Assembly: GCA_965603825.1 (NCBI GenBank)
Contig: CBFDEM010000054.1
Coordinates: 496,001-560,000, forward strand
Origin: Blepharisma stoltei ATCC 30299
Taxonomy: Eukaryota > Protista > Ciliophora
Direction: 5' to 3'
DNA: 64,000 nt
This document shows positions 24,201 to 35,679 of the stretch, in pieces. A program made the translations under genes and the position numbers. The notes beneath the pieces are model-generated. The model saw nothing but the letters and a program-made list of their open reading frames with translations, was not told where the DNA came from and made no database searches. Positions within the stretch are counted from its first letter, which is position 1, and each line of letters opens with the position of its first letter.

Positions 24201-26425
24201 TAGAAAGGCTACAGGCACTTTTTGACAAAATTTCATTTACAAGTGGCTTTGAAAAGTGTGGAGTTGGAGCAGAAAATGATGCAACTAAGCTTTTTATTAT
24301 CCACGTCAGGTCTTTGATTTCTGCTAAAAGAGCAATAATAAAAGAAAGACTTACAAATGAAGCTTTTGAATGGCTGCTTGGAGAAATTGAAGCAAGGTTT
24401 TACCAAGCTAAGTCTCACCCTGGCGAAATGGTTGGGTCAATTGCAGCACAGTCTTTGGGAGAGCCAGCAACACAGATGACGCTAAACACTTTCCACTTTG
24501 CTGGAGTTTCATCTAAAAACGTCACTTTAGGTGTGCCAAGACTGAAAGAAATCATAAATGTTGCCAAAAAGATAAAAACACCTTCACTAACTGTTTATTT
24601 GACACCAGAAAAAGCTGGTGATAGTGATTTTGCAAAAGAAGTCCTCAGTCAAATGGAATATACTACCTTAGGACATGTAGTAGAAGCTTCAGAAATCTAC
24701 TATGACCCGGATCCAACCAGCACTATTATAGAAGAAGACTTAGAATTTGTGCAGAGCTACTGGTTAATGCCTGATGAAGGAGTCTCAGCAGAAAAAATGT
24801 CTCCATGGCTACTTAGAATAGTCCTTAACAAAATTGCAATTATTGATAAAAATATCACAATGCTTGACATCCACAACCAAATTAACCAAGAGTATCCAGG
24901 AGATCTCCACTGCATTTATTCAGATGATAACGACGAGAGGCTGGTGCTTAGAATCCGTGTCATGAACGATGAAGAAAATAACTTGTCTGATGAGCAGCTT
25001 TCCACATGGAAGTTTTTAAAGGAGCTTGAAGGAAATATGCTACAAGATTTGTGGTTGAAAGGGATTGAGGACATTACCAAGGTCGTCATGAAAGAAGTTA
25101 ATACTACTTATATAAACCAAGATGGAGCTATAGCCAGACAAAAGCAATGGAGACTGGAAACTGATGGTGTCAATCTGGCAAGTGTTTTAGCATTAGAAGG
25201 AGTTGACCCTAAAAAAACGATTTCTAACGATCTAGTTGAAATTACAAGGGTATTAGGCATTGAAGCTGTAAGGCAAGGACTCATGAAAGAACTAAGAGAA
25301 GTCCTGAATGTCTACGGTATCTATGTCAACTACCGCCATCTTTCTATTTTATGCGATGTCATGACTCAAAGAGGCTATTTAATGAGCATCACCAGGCATG
25401 GTATCAACAGAACCGAGTGTGGCCCATTGAAAAAGGCTTCTTTCGAAGAAACTGTAGAAATGCTTCTTGAAGCATCAGCATACTCAGAAGTCGACTATTT
25501 GAAAGGTGTCACTGAAAATATTATGCTAGGCCAGCTAGCACCAATTGGGACTGGAGAAATTGATGTCATGATAAACACTGATATGATTGTAAACGCTGCG
25601 ACTATATATGATCCTCTGGAAAATCCTGATATGTTAGATGAGCCTTCAAGCTATTCTATTGATCCTAACAGTGTAGGGACACCTATTAATATTGCAACCC
25701 CAAGAGTGATCTTACCAGAAAGTTCAATGGCAACTACCCCCAGAGGAGAAACTCCACACATATATGGCAGTTTTTCGCCTTATGAAACTGTTCCTAGTCC
25801 TGCAAGCCACAGCAGTCCTTTTGTGAGATATTCCCCAGTGATCCATTCACCTGTATACCAGCCGTCTCCAAATGTGATATCAAGCCCTCGCTATACCGAC
25901 TCTTTGCATAGCTATTCTCCATCAACAGGCTCAATGAGACCATTTAGTCCATATAGTATCACTTCTCCAAGTGTTTCCCATACAACTTCTCCTAACATGC
26001 AGCATTTCCCATCACCTTCTCCATATTATTCTCCTTCCCATGCTGGATATTCACCTACATCTCCAGCATATTCTCCTACTTCTCCTCATTATTCGCCTAC
26101 TTCTCCTGCATATTCCCCTACATCTCCGGCTTATTCGCCAACTTCCCCTGCTTATTCTCCCACTTCTCACACTTATTCGCCTACTTCTCCTGCACAAAGC
26201 CCTGCTTATTCAGGGTTAAGCTCTACCTCGCCGCATACAAGAGCTCCTGCATACTCTCCATATATTTCGAGCCCTGCATATAGTCCTGCAAGTCCTTCTT
26301 ATAACCCTTCATCTCCAAGATATAATCCGGTTAGGACAACTGACTTGCAGCATCTTCCTGGAAAATGCAGCCCTATTGAAGAAGAGAGTGATGAAGAAGA
26401 GGAAGAAATTCAACAGTCTAGATAA
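21212..26425 (+). CDS. RPB1: RNA polymerase II largest subunit
   Basis: CPGHFGH, GNLMGKRVDF, NADFDGDEMN, TQMTLNTFH, C-terminal YSPTSPx heptads; 1737 aa, intronless. Confidence 0.98.
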   Translation: MSRSGSSITLSTAETHKVTGITMSILRPDEIEAMSCAQITHTDIYDEEGRPRDGGINDLHMGTNDNLLLCKTCNGKKNDCPGHFGHIKLARPVYHIGFLNELRRTLRSVCFKCSRLLADQNDPKFKEAVSIKSPKARGKKLYKICEGIKRCTAGAPVKGDDEIEGSEFGPCGCVQPKIVKDGIGLTVEFAEAVDNCPDRKRKLSAEEALGILKKISDVECEALGFDPARSRPDWMIIQVLPVAPPVCRPYVALDSSLRSEDDLTHQYTQIIKTNIKLQNEIQNGAAQHLINQDTMVLQFHIATLFNNELPGQPQSKHRSGKPIKSISQRLKGKEGRIRGNLMGKRVDFSARTVITPDPNLSLDQLGVPRTIALNLTIPETVTHFNMEKMRQLVENGPGQHPGAKYIIRTDGSTIDLRYVRRNTEMHLEYGYKVERHINNDDYVIFNRQPSLHKMSMMAHRIKVLPYSTFRLNLSVTTPYNADFDGDEMNMHVPQSLETKAELREIMHVPRQIVSPQGNRPVMGVVQDSLLGCSLFTRRDTFLELHEVMNLLMWVEAFNGKLPNPAILKPRPLWTGKQVFSLIIPEVNILRYSSTHDPEKDASVRDTEVLIERGELLTGIVDKRTVGASSGSLIHVIWMEHGPQATSDFLSQCQKVINNWLLIHGFSVGIADALADPLSLNEIKKTLLTAKQKINKLIQRAREGKIPCQPGKNMMESFEFKVNTKLNAARDKAGELAAKSLSVRNNVRAMVNAGSKGSEINICQIMSCVGQQNVEGKRIPFNFTKRAIPHFCKDDYGAESKGFVENSYISGLTPQEFFFHAMGGREGLSDTAVKTSETGYIQRRLMKALEDVMVKYDGTVRNSTGMILQFLYGEDGMAGEYIEDQAMESLKMDLEVLKKNFEFLDPSKEEPDVTMEKYRNAIDTEIINDILRHPDHQKRMVDEFEQIKQDQRDLRVIFANLDDKQHFPVNIKRLIWNAKKKFNITGLNKSDLHPVRAIERLQALFDKISFTSGFEKCGVGAENDATKLFIIHVRSLISAKRAIIKERLTNEAFEWLLGEIEARFYQAKSHPGEMVGSIAAQSLGEPATQMTLNTFHFAGVSSKNVTLGVPRLKEIINVAKKIKTPSLTVYLTPEKAGDSDFAKEVLSQMEYTTLGHVVEASEIYYDPDPTSTIIEEDLEFVQSYWLMPDEGVSAEKMSPWLLRIVLNKIAIIDKNITMLDIHNQINQEYPGDLHCIYSDDNDERLVLRIRVMNDEENNLSDEQLSTWKFLKELEGNMLQDLWLKGIEDITKVVMKEVNTTYINQDGAIARQKQWRLETDGVNLASVLALEGVDPKKTISNDLVEITRVLGIEAVRQGLMKELREVLNVYGIYVNYRHLSILCDVMTQRGYLMSITRHGINRTECGPLKKASFEETVEMLLEASAYSEVDYLKGVTENIMLGQLAPIGTGEIDVMINTDMIVNAATIYDPLENPDMLDEPSSYSIDPNSVGTPINIATPRVILPESSMATTPRGETPHIYGSFSPYETVPSPASHSSPFVRYSPVIHSPVYQPSPNVISSPRYTDSLHSYSPSTGSMRPFSPYSITSPSVSHTTSPNMQHFPSPSPYYSPSHAGYSPTSPAYSPTSPHYSPTSPAYSPTSPAYSPTSPAYSPTSHTYSPTSPAQSPAYSGLSSTSPHTRAPAYSPYISSPAYSPASPSYNPSSPRYNPVRTTDLQHLPGKCSPIEEESDEEEEEIQQSR
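26048..26194 (+). repeat. RPB1 CTD: 7 tandem heptads, consensus YSPTSPA
   Basis: 21-nt period: YSPTSPA, YSPTSPH, YSPTSPA x3, YSPTSHT, YSPTSPA; degenerate heptads flank the run. Confidence 0.92.
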
Positions 26426-26453
26426 TAAATAATGATTTGTTTCTAATAAAAAT

Positions 26454-26714
26454 ATGCAGGGATCGGAGGATTCTAGTAGTTCATCAAAGGTGAGATATTC
26501 GCCAACGTCTCCTTCATATACTAGGTCAGTGTATCCAATCTATTCTGAGACCTCTCCAGATTATTGTCAGGCAATTCCTCAGCGAAATTCTTCTTTTGAA
26601 CCTGCTGATAGTTTGATAAGCCCTTCTTATAATGCTTTACCACAAAACTCTTCTAATACTAATGCAGAACTATCTCAAAAAGTCCTGAATAAGTTAAGAA
26701 TAAATGAAAAATAG
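26454..26714 (+). CDS. Small S/P/Y-rich ORF (86 aa) containing a CTD heptad
   Basis: ATG in A-rich context (aaaatATG), TAG TAG stop, GC content above the flanking spacers; YSPTSPSY, YSETSPDY, ISPSY. Confidence 0.55.
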   Translation: MQGSEDSSSSSKVRYSPTSPSYTRSVYPIYSETSPDYCQAIPQRNSSFEPADSLISPSYNALPQNSSNTNAELSQKVLNKLRINEK

Positions 26715-26776
26715 TAGACTCACGATCATAATTAAGATTATATTGACAACCAAGTAACTATCGATTTTAAGTTAAT

Positions 26777-29700
26777 TTAAGACTTTTTGCTCGCATTGCC
26801 AGCAATTGAGCCTATTATCATTGGCAAAATCATTATGCAGATATAGCAGCATAAAATACAGCAAAACGCACAACATATTTTTGCTCGAAATTCTGGCCCA
26901 CAGGTTTGGTTAATCAAAGTGATTGGGTTCCATGACCACTTAAACCTCCCAAATGGCGGTGGCAAGTATGGGTCTACATTAGGCTCATCTCTTCCTTCTC
27001 CTACTTTGCAAGCCTCTGCTTTTTCTTTCGGAATTATTTCAAACGATACCAAAACGTTGCCGACATTCTCAAAACTTCCATCATCTTTTCTTCGCTTACA
27101 AGGCAGCCAGATCTTATCTTTTTCGTTTTTTGTAAGAAAATCAAACATCCCAGCCTCAGCTTCTTTCTTAACTCTCATATGTTTTTCAAAAGCTTTTTTG
27201 GCGAGCTCAGAGAAGCTGAAACTTGCGTCTCCTATAAAATCATTTGCAGAAAGCATGTCACGGTCCCAGATTTGAATATTGGCATAACAATTATCACGTG
27301 GCATTAATAGTGGAAACTTCATTCTCCAGTTAAAAGAGCCTTTTCCATTTTGGCAGCGGTAATGGGTGTCAGTTTCTTTAGGGTGTTCATCATTGATTCA
27401 TGCTCTGACATATAAATCTGAGGTATCTTCAGTATCATAGCTGGCTACCCCTTTAGTTTGCCACACAACTAAGCGAACCTCAAATGCAGTCGGTGGGCGT
27501 GGAGAAATGTCCCATGGGGCAGGAGCCTCATTAGTAGAAAACATCTCAAGCCAGAGTCTTATTTGTCCTTGAATTATTTTTGTAGATGGGTGGGTTAGCG
27601 TGCGGGTTTCGATAGGCTTTTCTTTTAAGTTTCTCCATTTCGTAGAGAAGTACCTGTCTTCAAGGTCTATAATAGTAGTCCCTATTTTATCGTCTTTTAG
27701 TACATTATCTTTATCCCAAACTTGGATTTTTATTCGACTTGCTCCAGGAAGTGTCGTTTTTAAGTCAACAACTTTTCAGAACTTCGGATTTGGCTCATCT
27801 TCTTGGAAATTTTCAGAGTCATCAATGACCTGATCTTGCAGCTTGATACGCAAATAAGGGTCTGAGTTACTTTTCCAGTCTTTCTGCGCCAAATTCATAG
27901 CATCAATAATATAAAGCCTTACAATAACTTGGGTTTTTACAAGCAGCATTTTTCTTACACTTTCAAAGTGCTCTAGCTCTTCCTCATCAGAATCTTCAGT
28001 TTCCATCTCTTCTTTTCCCATTTTTTTTGACAAAACAGCAGCAGCCAGCTCAGTATAAGCGAGTTTCCCTGATTTAGCAAGGCGGCCGGTAATTAAGTCT
28101 GTCTTTTTATGCTCCATTGTTTTTCTTGCTTCTCTTTCTTCTTCTTTCGACTTTCTAGAAACCCTTATTAACCCTTTAAAAATTCCAGTCTCTTTTAAAG
28201 TGCTATAATTCCCTTCTTTATCTTTGTTGGCTGACAACATAAGGAGCCAGTTATCTTCGACGCCTTTGTCTTGCCCTCTTTTTATGCTGAATTTTTCAAA
28301 CGGGCATTTGTCAATATAGTCTGTGTTCTCTAGCTCGTCATCACATATATAGCGGTAATGCATAATATTGTCGCCAGCTTTACGATCATAGCCAAGCTGA
28401 ATATAGCTGTCGCAGGGCTGATTCATCTCGATTGGTTTGCCTTCAGAGTTTACTTCATACTCAGGCATTATGACAAATTTCCCTTCTACTGCTTCTGCAA
28501 CAGTCGGTTTTCTCATTCTGACTGGGATTAAATCATTTTTTTCTTCTCTTGTATCGATTTCTTTGTCTTCTTCTAATGGGTGCTTTTTCTTGCTTCTACG
28601 CTTTGCACGGCTTTTATGATAAATTTCGCCTAGATTTATAGCAAAAGTTCCAATGAGAGGCTGTGAAAGACCTTTAAATAGGTTATCGTACACATTGCAA
28701 GAAAGTGTAGGACAAAATAGCTTATTTACAGGCATTTTGCAATCAAATTTTACGATAGAGCTGATATTCGGGTTTCTCCCTGGCTCAGACGGCTGAGTTT
28801 CAATATTTCTGATCATTAAATTTTCACCTGGGACTTGTAAAGAATTCATATCGAACTTAACGAATGCTTTATTAATTGGGAGCCACCCTAAAGCTGGCAC
28901 CAAATCTCTGAGCCCTAAGCAGTTAATTTCTACGATAGTCTCAATGCATTTAGGAAAAATATTATATTCAGGCTGCGCATCTTCTCTTTTGTATAAATTA
29001 AATGATACCAAAATTTCTCCACAATTAGAATTGGTTTTGCCTAATGATAGAGGTCGCCATTCAGGAGCAGCTGCATCTGAATAATCAATTGCTGACTCTT
29101 GGAGAGGAACAACACACATTCCTATGAGATCGTCAGCGCTATATTGATCTTCATCAAACACATAAATAACGATGGGTGGGTTGTCTTTCATTGACATAAT
29201 TTCGAATTTCAATTGAAGGGTTTCGTATCACATAGGGTTTAAAGTGTGCATTTTTGTTGTAGATTTTACTTCATTACCGTAACAGTATACTTTTATATAT
29301 GGGTCTGACTCTCCATCAGAATCTGCAATAGGAAGACTTCTGCATTGATAAAGATTAATAATAAGTGTAACTGACTGTTTATTCTTGATTCTGGGTGGGA
29401 CGTTCCATCTTCCGATTGTCAGATTTTCAGACTCATCATCAAAAGCTCCTATATAAAGCCTCAATAAAATATAGCCTCCTTCCCAGTCATTCTTTATCTT
29501 CCCTATTGATTTTTCCGGACACATTGCTATCCATCTGGCTTCTCCTTTTAAATCTTGCCAATCATAAGGATTTAGCCTTGCAAAACACACATGACTATCT
29601 TCATATTTCAAAAATACCATAATATCAGGGAGTGTTTTAGTAGCCTCTCCAGGAATTTTCACAGTTTTTCGTTTCAGCAGCTCAAACCAGTCACATTTTC

Positions 29701-30961
29701 CGTTTTCTGGCTTCAAAGTTTTTGTTTCTACTTCTTTCCCACTCCAACTTACTACAACAGAATATTTATTACAAGCTGTTGAAAGTCCTACTGCAGTATA
29801 AACTTGTGCACGGATTTCATAAGTAGTTTCAATTTCATAGTTTTTTCTAATAAAATCATTGATGCCTTTTTCTTCAATTTTTTTTAGATCTAAGCAAGGC
29901 TTTTCAGGGTTTGTGACTTCCATTTTCATAAGGATTCTCCCACGTCAGTTTGAGGCGAGGTCAGGGTTATTGTTCATCCTTGTCGCTTGCTCATTAGATA
30001 GGTCTTTTTGGGCGCCATAAATATTGCTCCAGAAGTAGTCGGAATACTTTCCTGCTTCTATATCGTCCCATTTGAAGATTAAGGATCCGACTTGGTCATC
30101 TTTGTTCATAGGATCATGATCAAGGACCCTTATAGTAAGTTTGTTACTTACAGATGGAAGAGTAACTGGAACATATAAATCTTCGTACCAATTAGAAGAA
30201 TAAAAGTTTTTATCAGCTGTGACTATAGAAGTTTTTATTGAAGCCCCACCAAACTCTAATTGACAAAATGCATCAATTGTCCCATTAGCTATATCAAGCT
30301 TAGGCAGTCCTTCAGCTTTTATAATTCTAACTATCAGTTGGCATGATTTATGAATAACTTGTGGAGGCATAAGAGTGTCTGAATCTTTTGGCTCTTTTTC
30401 TTCTCTAGCTGTCAGGTCTGCACCTTCGTCTCCTTCTGACTGGACACAGATGCCTACCTTTATATGGCCTCTAACGGTTTGAAAATCTTTGGATTCAGCA
30501 TTACATAGCGCGATTCATTGATGGACAACTGCGTGCTTTTCTTGATAGTAGACGTACATTAAGTCTAGCTCATAAAGACCTATTAAAGAGTCTTTGAGCA
30601 TAAAACGATGATCCCTAACCTCAATAAGGATTTTTTGTGACTCGACCTCTTCTACTTCTAATATTGGGCTGGTAAAAAAAATATGCTCACCTCAGGTTAC
30701 TACTGAGCCTGCCGAGATATCGTCTTTTGGCTTGGTGAACTTAGTTTGACCAAAAATTGTAAAGGTTACTACTGGATCTATTGTTTCACTAATTCGTAAT
30801 TACCCTTCTTTATTTGGGACTAGTCCTCGAGCTTCTTCTAAGTAAATGTGAACTTGATATTCTCCACGTTTGACTTTAATTGAATTTTTCGAAGGGGCAG
30901 CGTGGTGAGCGTTTTCCTGCCCATCTTCAGCTTTTTCCTGTTCCACTTTTGCGTCTGCCAT
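26777..30961 (-). CDS. Ferlin (multi-C2, C-terminal TM anchor)
   Basis: ATG 30961; intron 30789-30803; multiple C2 domains, TIIDLEDRYFS, FEVRLVVW, TDTHYRC...SFNWR, VGEGRDEPN, terminal TM; about 1389 aa with TGA=W. Confidence 0.92.
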
Positions 30962-31191
30962 TTATTAGGATAAAACTGCGCAAATCTAAATTTTCCTTAA
31001 AAATCAAAAAAATACATATAAGCTGGTTTTCAATGAAAAATTATTTCAGATGTTTAAATCTATCAATTGCAATAAAAAAAGAAAAAATTGGCTAAGTATT
31101 AATAGTCTCTCAAGAATTTTCAAAAATTCAAAAGGACTTTTGCAGTTTTTATGCATAATTCCCATAAATTCAATTCAATAATTTTATTATT

Positions 31192-34100
31192 ATGGATCCC
31201 AAGCTTTCGTTTAGTTGGAATAGCAAGTTGCAAACAAATACTTTCGCTCCTCAGCAAACAAGTGTCCTAGCCCCTGAAGCTGCTCCGTATAATCGAATCG
31301 AAACTGAAGAAGAAATTGAAGTAAAGCGAGTTTCTTTATTTGTTGACATCCTTCACTATGAATTCAAAAAGCATCGAGGTTATAAAGCAGCTGATTGAAG
31401 ATCATTATATGAGTACTATTTAAAAAACATCGTAAATTCCCAGTTTTATTCATCAAGAAAAGAAAAGTCTTTAGTGAACATGAAAAGTTTTTTCACAGAA
31501 GGGATGCTTACCAAAGAAACTCAAGCTAGACTTTATGGAGGAGAACCGTGGTTCCCAAACTATGTAGAAAATGAAAGAGATCAGACACTTGATTGGCTTC
31601 AAACATTGAACCCAGAAGATGTAGAATATACCCTCTGGTCTTTTTATGAAGGCGATATATTGAAAAAGCGACTAGAACTTGAGAAAGTTAAGGCAGAAGA
31701 AAAGATGAGACTGAAGATGAGCAAAATGAGAAAAAAAAATTTAAATCCTCAGAAAATCGAATTTTCTATTATCGAATTGTTATTGAAAAATTTTAAAAAG
31801 AAAAATGGATTTAGCTCGAAAAATGTAACAATATTAGTGCGTTTCTTCAGAAAATTTAGAGGAGCTGAAGAGCTTTATAGCAATATAGATGAAGATGATA
31901 TTGAATTCACCCTTATAGAGTATTTCAAAGTCAAAGAAGAGGAAAAAACAAGCACAAGACTTGATAATATCGGAGCTGTTTTTACCCAAAAAAAGCCGCC
32001 AACAAAGAAAAAGCGAAAACTTCCTTCAAGATCCTTTAAAATTACTGCTGATTCTTTGCCAATAAAGCAGCCTGTCGCTTTGGCTTCTACAAATATCAAC
32101 ACTTCTCAATCTCTCCAATTGCCTCCACAGGATTTTCTGATAAAAAAATATGACGAGCTAAATTCTATATTAAAGCTTATAGAAAAGCATAAAGAACAGA
32201 AGCAGTCTTATACAAATGAGCCTGAAGTATTATTTATTTTTTATAAAGAAATTCCAAAAGAGCGCCCCAAATCCGAGACAAATGACAAAGAGCTCAATAA
32301 AAGAGACAAGACAATTTACCAAGAAGACTTTAAGTTTCCTCAAGAGCCAAAAGAAGTAGAAATTTTATTGAATAGATTTTTCTCAAGAAATGTTATGATT
32401 ACAAGAATTATGGCTCTTTATAAAATTTTCTATGGGTATTATACAAATAATGGAAGAACCTTATTTGATTTCTGGTGCAGTATTGAAAAAGATGATAAAT
32501 ATCGCTCAGGAATTTACAACAGTAAAAGTGAAGAAATTTTGTCATTTATTACATCATTTTTTGAAAATCAAGAAAATCTAAAAAAAGAAGAAGAAGAAAT
32601 GAGGAAGTTGAAAGAAAATGAAAATATTTTGAAGCATAAGCAGAAGTATGCAAATATCAAAAGAGAAGGGTTATATCAGAAGGATGAAAAAAGATGGAGG
32701 CTAGGCAAAAATATCCTTGAAATGGCTAAAAAATTCCCATTAGATCCAGTTCTCAAAAAAATGCTAAAAGTAGAGCTGCAATTTAACCCTTACTTAAAAT
32801 ATGATTTAGAATACGACACTGCCAATCTTCAAGACGAAAATGCAAGAAAAGCTCGTCTCCGAAACCTTTCTTCACCAAAACGAAAAGACATGAGAAGTCA
32901 GGATGAAATCATGAGACAAGCTTGGGAAAAATCAAAAATTCTTGAAAGGCAAGAAAACGAAAGTAAAATGGCTGAAATGAGAATGCTGAATTTGCAGGAA
33001 AAAGAAATGTTTAAATCCACACAAGAGCTCGTAAAACAGTACCTAAACAAGCGAGCGACTCAAAAAATCTCAATTTCTACCCAACTCGGCGTTAGCTATG
33101 CATTATTAAAAACCCAATTTCCATTGGCTGTCAAAAAGCATTTCCCGTTCTATAATTATGGCAGTGTAAAAAATTCCAAAGGTCAAGAGACCTTTAAAAA
33201 AGCCTACCCGCTTAAATGGAAGCATTATTTCTTCTCTCTTGTGAAATCTTATTTAAAGACGTCTGAAGGGCTAATTTTACTAAAAAATCTTCCATGCAAT
33301 TTTTGGACGCCACCTTCTGCTGATAAATGCACAATTCATACAATGAGCTGCCCTCCTAACTGTGAATATGCAACATGAAACAAAAAAGCATTGCAACAGA
33401 CTATTAAAGAAGATAAATATGTACTAAATTGGCATGAAAAACTTAGACCTTGGGCCAGACCTGACACTTTAAATAAAAGAGAACAGATTTTTATGAGCTA
33501 CGCTGATGCTAGAGAATGCACATTTGAGCCAAAAACAGGGTCGAAGGTCCCTAAAAAGCATTTAGATTTGGCAATGAAGACTTTTGGGGAGCTGAGAAAT
33601 ACAATTCAGCCGGGAGAAGCTCCAAATTTCGCTATGTGGGTTAACAGAATGGGAAAGAATTTCCGATCTAGAGAGCCATTGATATTTAAAACTGGGATCT
33701 ACAAACAAGCTAAAGCTCTTTTCCATCAAGGTGCTCCAGAAGCTGCAAAAAAGAAACTAGTCGATAACTTCAATATCCCATGCATTTTAGATCATTGGGA
33801 ACCTGGAAAAAATCGACCTACCATGAATGAGAAGCCTCCAGAAGAATTCAACAATCCAGAAGCCCTAGAATTGATGGAAAACGTTTACAACCTATTCTGC
33901 GCTATAAGAGAACTTAAAAGAGATTTAAGAAGACAAATAGATAAACTCAAAAAAGAAGACGCAAGGGAGCTTAAAACCTTCATGTGCCCTTGCAAAGATG
34001 AAAATTGCCCCGGAGACGTACGTCCTAGATGGAGCAATACTGATATCCCTACAAATGTTCCTCTAGGCAAAAATTGTTCCTTGGCTCATCATACCTTTGA

Positions 34101-35220
34101 ATTAAGGTTTTCACAAGAAGAAAAAGCTAGAAGGAAGGCTAGATCAAAAGCCATTGAAGTTTTATCAAAACTTATACAAGAATACAAGCCAAAGCCAGCA
34201 TGGAAACCTGATGGATCTCTAACTGACTGTCCGAGATGCAAGCAAACCTTTATTTATAAGCCTGAAGTCGAGCATAAAGGTATCACAAAAATTGAAGATT
34301 TTAGTAGGTCGCTTGGCTGTTTCTGTAATAAATGTGCATTAGAGCAAAGACTAAAGATGAAACAGTCAAATTTCTTGCAGAGGTCTAAAATTACTAACGA
34401 GAAATTCCATCCAGATCCAAATAGGCTGGATAAAGCGTTGCTATACTCGAAGAAATTAGGGATTTATAGAAAAGCAATAACACTATTTACAAATAGCAGA
34501 ACGGTAGCAGCATTTAATGCGATCTCTGAGGCATTGAGAATAGTGAGAACTGAAAGAGATGAAGAAAATAAAGCAATTGAAAGCAAAACGAATAAGCTGA
34601 AGACAAAAATTGGGCTGGATCCGAATTTTTCGTTGAATGATACAGACGAATTTGGAAGAACTCAGCAGTCATTGCAGAATGATAATACAAATGCTCAGAA
34701 CTTACAAAAAATTGAATTATTTAAAACAACTACAGAAAAATTGCATGTAGGCAATGCAAACCACTTCATGAACCATCAAATTGAGCTTCTTTACCTAAAA
34801 ATTGAAGAAAAACTTATGAAAGAGCATCAGTATATTGAAGATTTAAGAGAAAAAGCAGAAAAACTAGAAGATGTGGAGCAAGGAGAAGAAAGGAATGCCA
34901 AAACAACCAGCTACTTAATGAGGCCAAATAAAATTGAAATGTGCCCATTTATTAAAAATAAGAAGAAATGCCCTAATAAAGACTGCCAATATGCTCATAG
35001 TGCAATTGAGCTTGATTTAGTTCCAAAGCATAAGGTAGCAGAAAACCTTTATCAGACATCGGAAGCCCTTGAAACAAGACTTAAAAAAGATGAAAGGCCG
35101 CCTGATTGGAAACCTTGGAAAGAGCATAGAGATATCATGCCAAATCCAGATAAACCTGCAGAAAAAGACATCACTTCTGATAAAGTTTTAGGAAAATTGC
35201 CTTTCGAACGAAACTATTAA
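31192..35220 (+). CDS. Large protein (~1342 aa) with CCCH zinc finger(s)
   Basis: Three same-frame ORFs joined at TGA 31396 and 33376; IEMCPFIKNKKKCPNKDCQYAHS; further Cys clusters. Confidence 0.75.
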
Positions 35221-35679
35221 TAAAGTTAAAATACAATAAAATCATTTTAAAATATTTTAGGAAATGATTTAATCAAAGCTGTCAATTTAATAATGGCTCA
35301 AATTATCTGAGATCCGCATACAATGATATATGACTTTATATATAGATTAGATTTTTAATTTTAAACTTCACAAGAAACTAATTAAGTGAAATTTCAAATT
35401 ATAAAATTAAATCATATATAAATGTAATTTGCTTATAGTTTGATTCAGATCAATTTTTCTTTTCAATTAATGTACAAACTTTATAAAATTTATTTCAATT
35501 TGAAAGTTAATCAATAAATTCATCATTTTTAAAAAATTGCTGCTGCAAAATATTTATTGAAATTGTAAAAAACCATAATTAGACTGTAAATCTTAATGTT
35601 ATTAGTTCTGATGAGTCCCGAAAGACAAATTTGATAAATTTCTATAGTTTATTCATTGTATAAATGCTTCTATATAAAT

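Noticed and set aside
21634-24418. Antisense ORFs within RPB1, and similar shadow ORFs in ferlin, the cyclase and other genes
   Set aside because: They are opposite-strand by-products of codon bias with no recognisable motifs.
26048-26194. 21-bp periodic repeat as CRISPR or satellite
   Set aside because: It encodes CTD heptads with synonymous variation and has no spacers.
26416-26459. 44-nt GT-AG intron fusing RPB1 to the downstream heptad ORF
   Set aside because: It joins in the wrong frame and is far outside the 15-16 nt size class.
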